A stretch of DNA of 63,629 bases, the filler included, from Sphacelaria rigidula (lineage: Eukaryota): NCBI GenBank assembly GCA_964200075.2. It is 4 parts of 4 records of this genome, joined end to end, with 100 filler letters (N's around TTAATTAATTAA, not from the genome) between each part and the next. Parts side by side here need not be neighbours in the genome. Positions count along the whole stretch, not along the records: positions 47,801 to 63,629 come from CAXNAA020001578.1; 3 more parts are not named here. One strand, written 5' to 3'. Both the position numbers and the translations under genes were made by a program. Shown here in pieces: positions 62,775 to 63,629 of the stretch (positions are counted from its first letter, which is position 1; every line of letters starts with the position of its first letter). The notes under the pieces were generated by a model. The model did not search any database. It saw only the letters and a program-made list of their open reading frames with translations, and was not told the DNA's origin.

Positions 62775-63629
62775 ATATTAATCACTGCGTTTCCCGGACG
62801 CCCGAGGGAAAAAACATAACGTACTCTAGAGCATGTCGCGTTTACTCGTCGATGCATACGGTAGTGGACGAGGTAGCTGCTGTAAAGTGTTTGCTTTGGA
62901 TGCCCGCCATGAGCTCTAGATGCGCTGAGGCGGGCTGTACTCCAAGGAGCGGGGGTTGTCGCCTGCTAGGAGTCCTGTATCGCAGCGAAGCAACTTGACG
63001 TTCCCCTGGCGTACGTGATTGCGTGTAAGCTGCGGCAAATGGCTACTTCATCTATTGCCATCTTTTAGTCGTGCCGTTGGTGGCGCGCTTTCGTGTAAAG
63101 TTTGTAACTGTATATCCAATTAGCCGAAACAGTGACACTCTCACGACAGTCGATGTGCCGTCAGAGAGCTAATCCATAGCTCAATAAGAATGTCCATGAC
63201 ATGTGCCGGACGCGACACGGGTTGATCCCCCGAGACTGAGCACTCGAACCGAGGAATACGGGCGGTGTTACTTCAAGTACGACAAAAAAACAAAACGAGG
63301 TCGGCCTGCCCTCGTCCTTCCTGCTGAGGTCACTTTTTCTTTCTTCTTTTTTCTTCCGGTTTTTGTTTCTGCTCCGTTCTTCATCCTTCCTTCGCCCCCG
63401 CCCCCCCCCCGCCCCCCAAAAGGGTTGGCGTCGGTTGGCGATGACGCTGTGAAACACGCCACTCACTGCGTAAGCTAGGCAACCAGGTTACCGTTTTTGT
63501 TTTTGCCCGCTCGCGTTTTTTTCCCCCGGTAACCATGATGGTAGTCGAGCTAGATCATGTTGTGCGGCGTGGGAGAACCTCAACTCTCGCACAAAGGGGA
63601 TGGTCGCACTTCGTGGTGGGTCTATGGTG

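Overview
Eukaryotic, intron-rich, repeat-dense DNA, most consistent with a brown alga (Phaeophyceae); this is inferred from short GC-rich exons in multi-kb introns and a 72-nt single-LRR exon, and the species cannot be identified. The window is not contiguous: it is four unrelated contigs (1-15837, 15938-31771, 31872-47700, 47801-63629) joined by artificial 100-nt N44-TTAATTAATTAA-N44 linkers. Almost all entries in the ORF track are spurious. Supported genes: (i) one intact 72-nt LRR exon (28538-28609), plus probable decayed LRR exons, inside a mosaic of locally duplicated intron blocks; (ii) a 9-exon partial gene for a right-handed beta-helix (pectin-lyase-fold, PL9-like) protein (33600-46275, +), with one non-GT splice donor; (iii) a 7-exon partial RCC1-repeat protein gene (48332-61015, +) ending in a BC-box-like motif. 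The rest is mostly transposon debris: two LINE types (one group whose 3' ends run into poly-C), about 10 copies of a tRNA-derived SINE, and many MITE/foldback elements with readable TIRs and TSDs, often nested.
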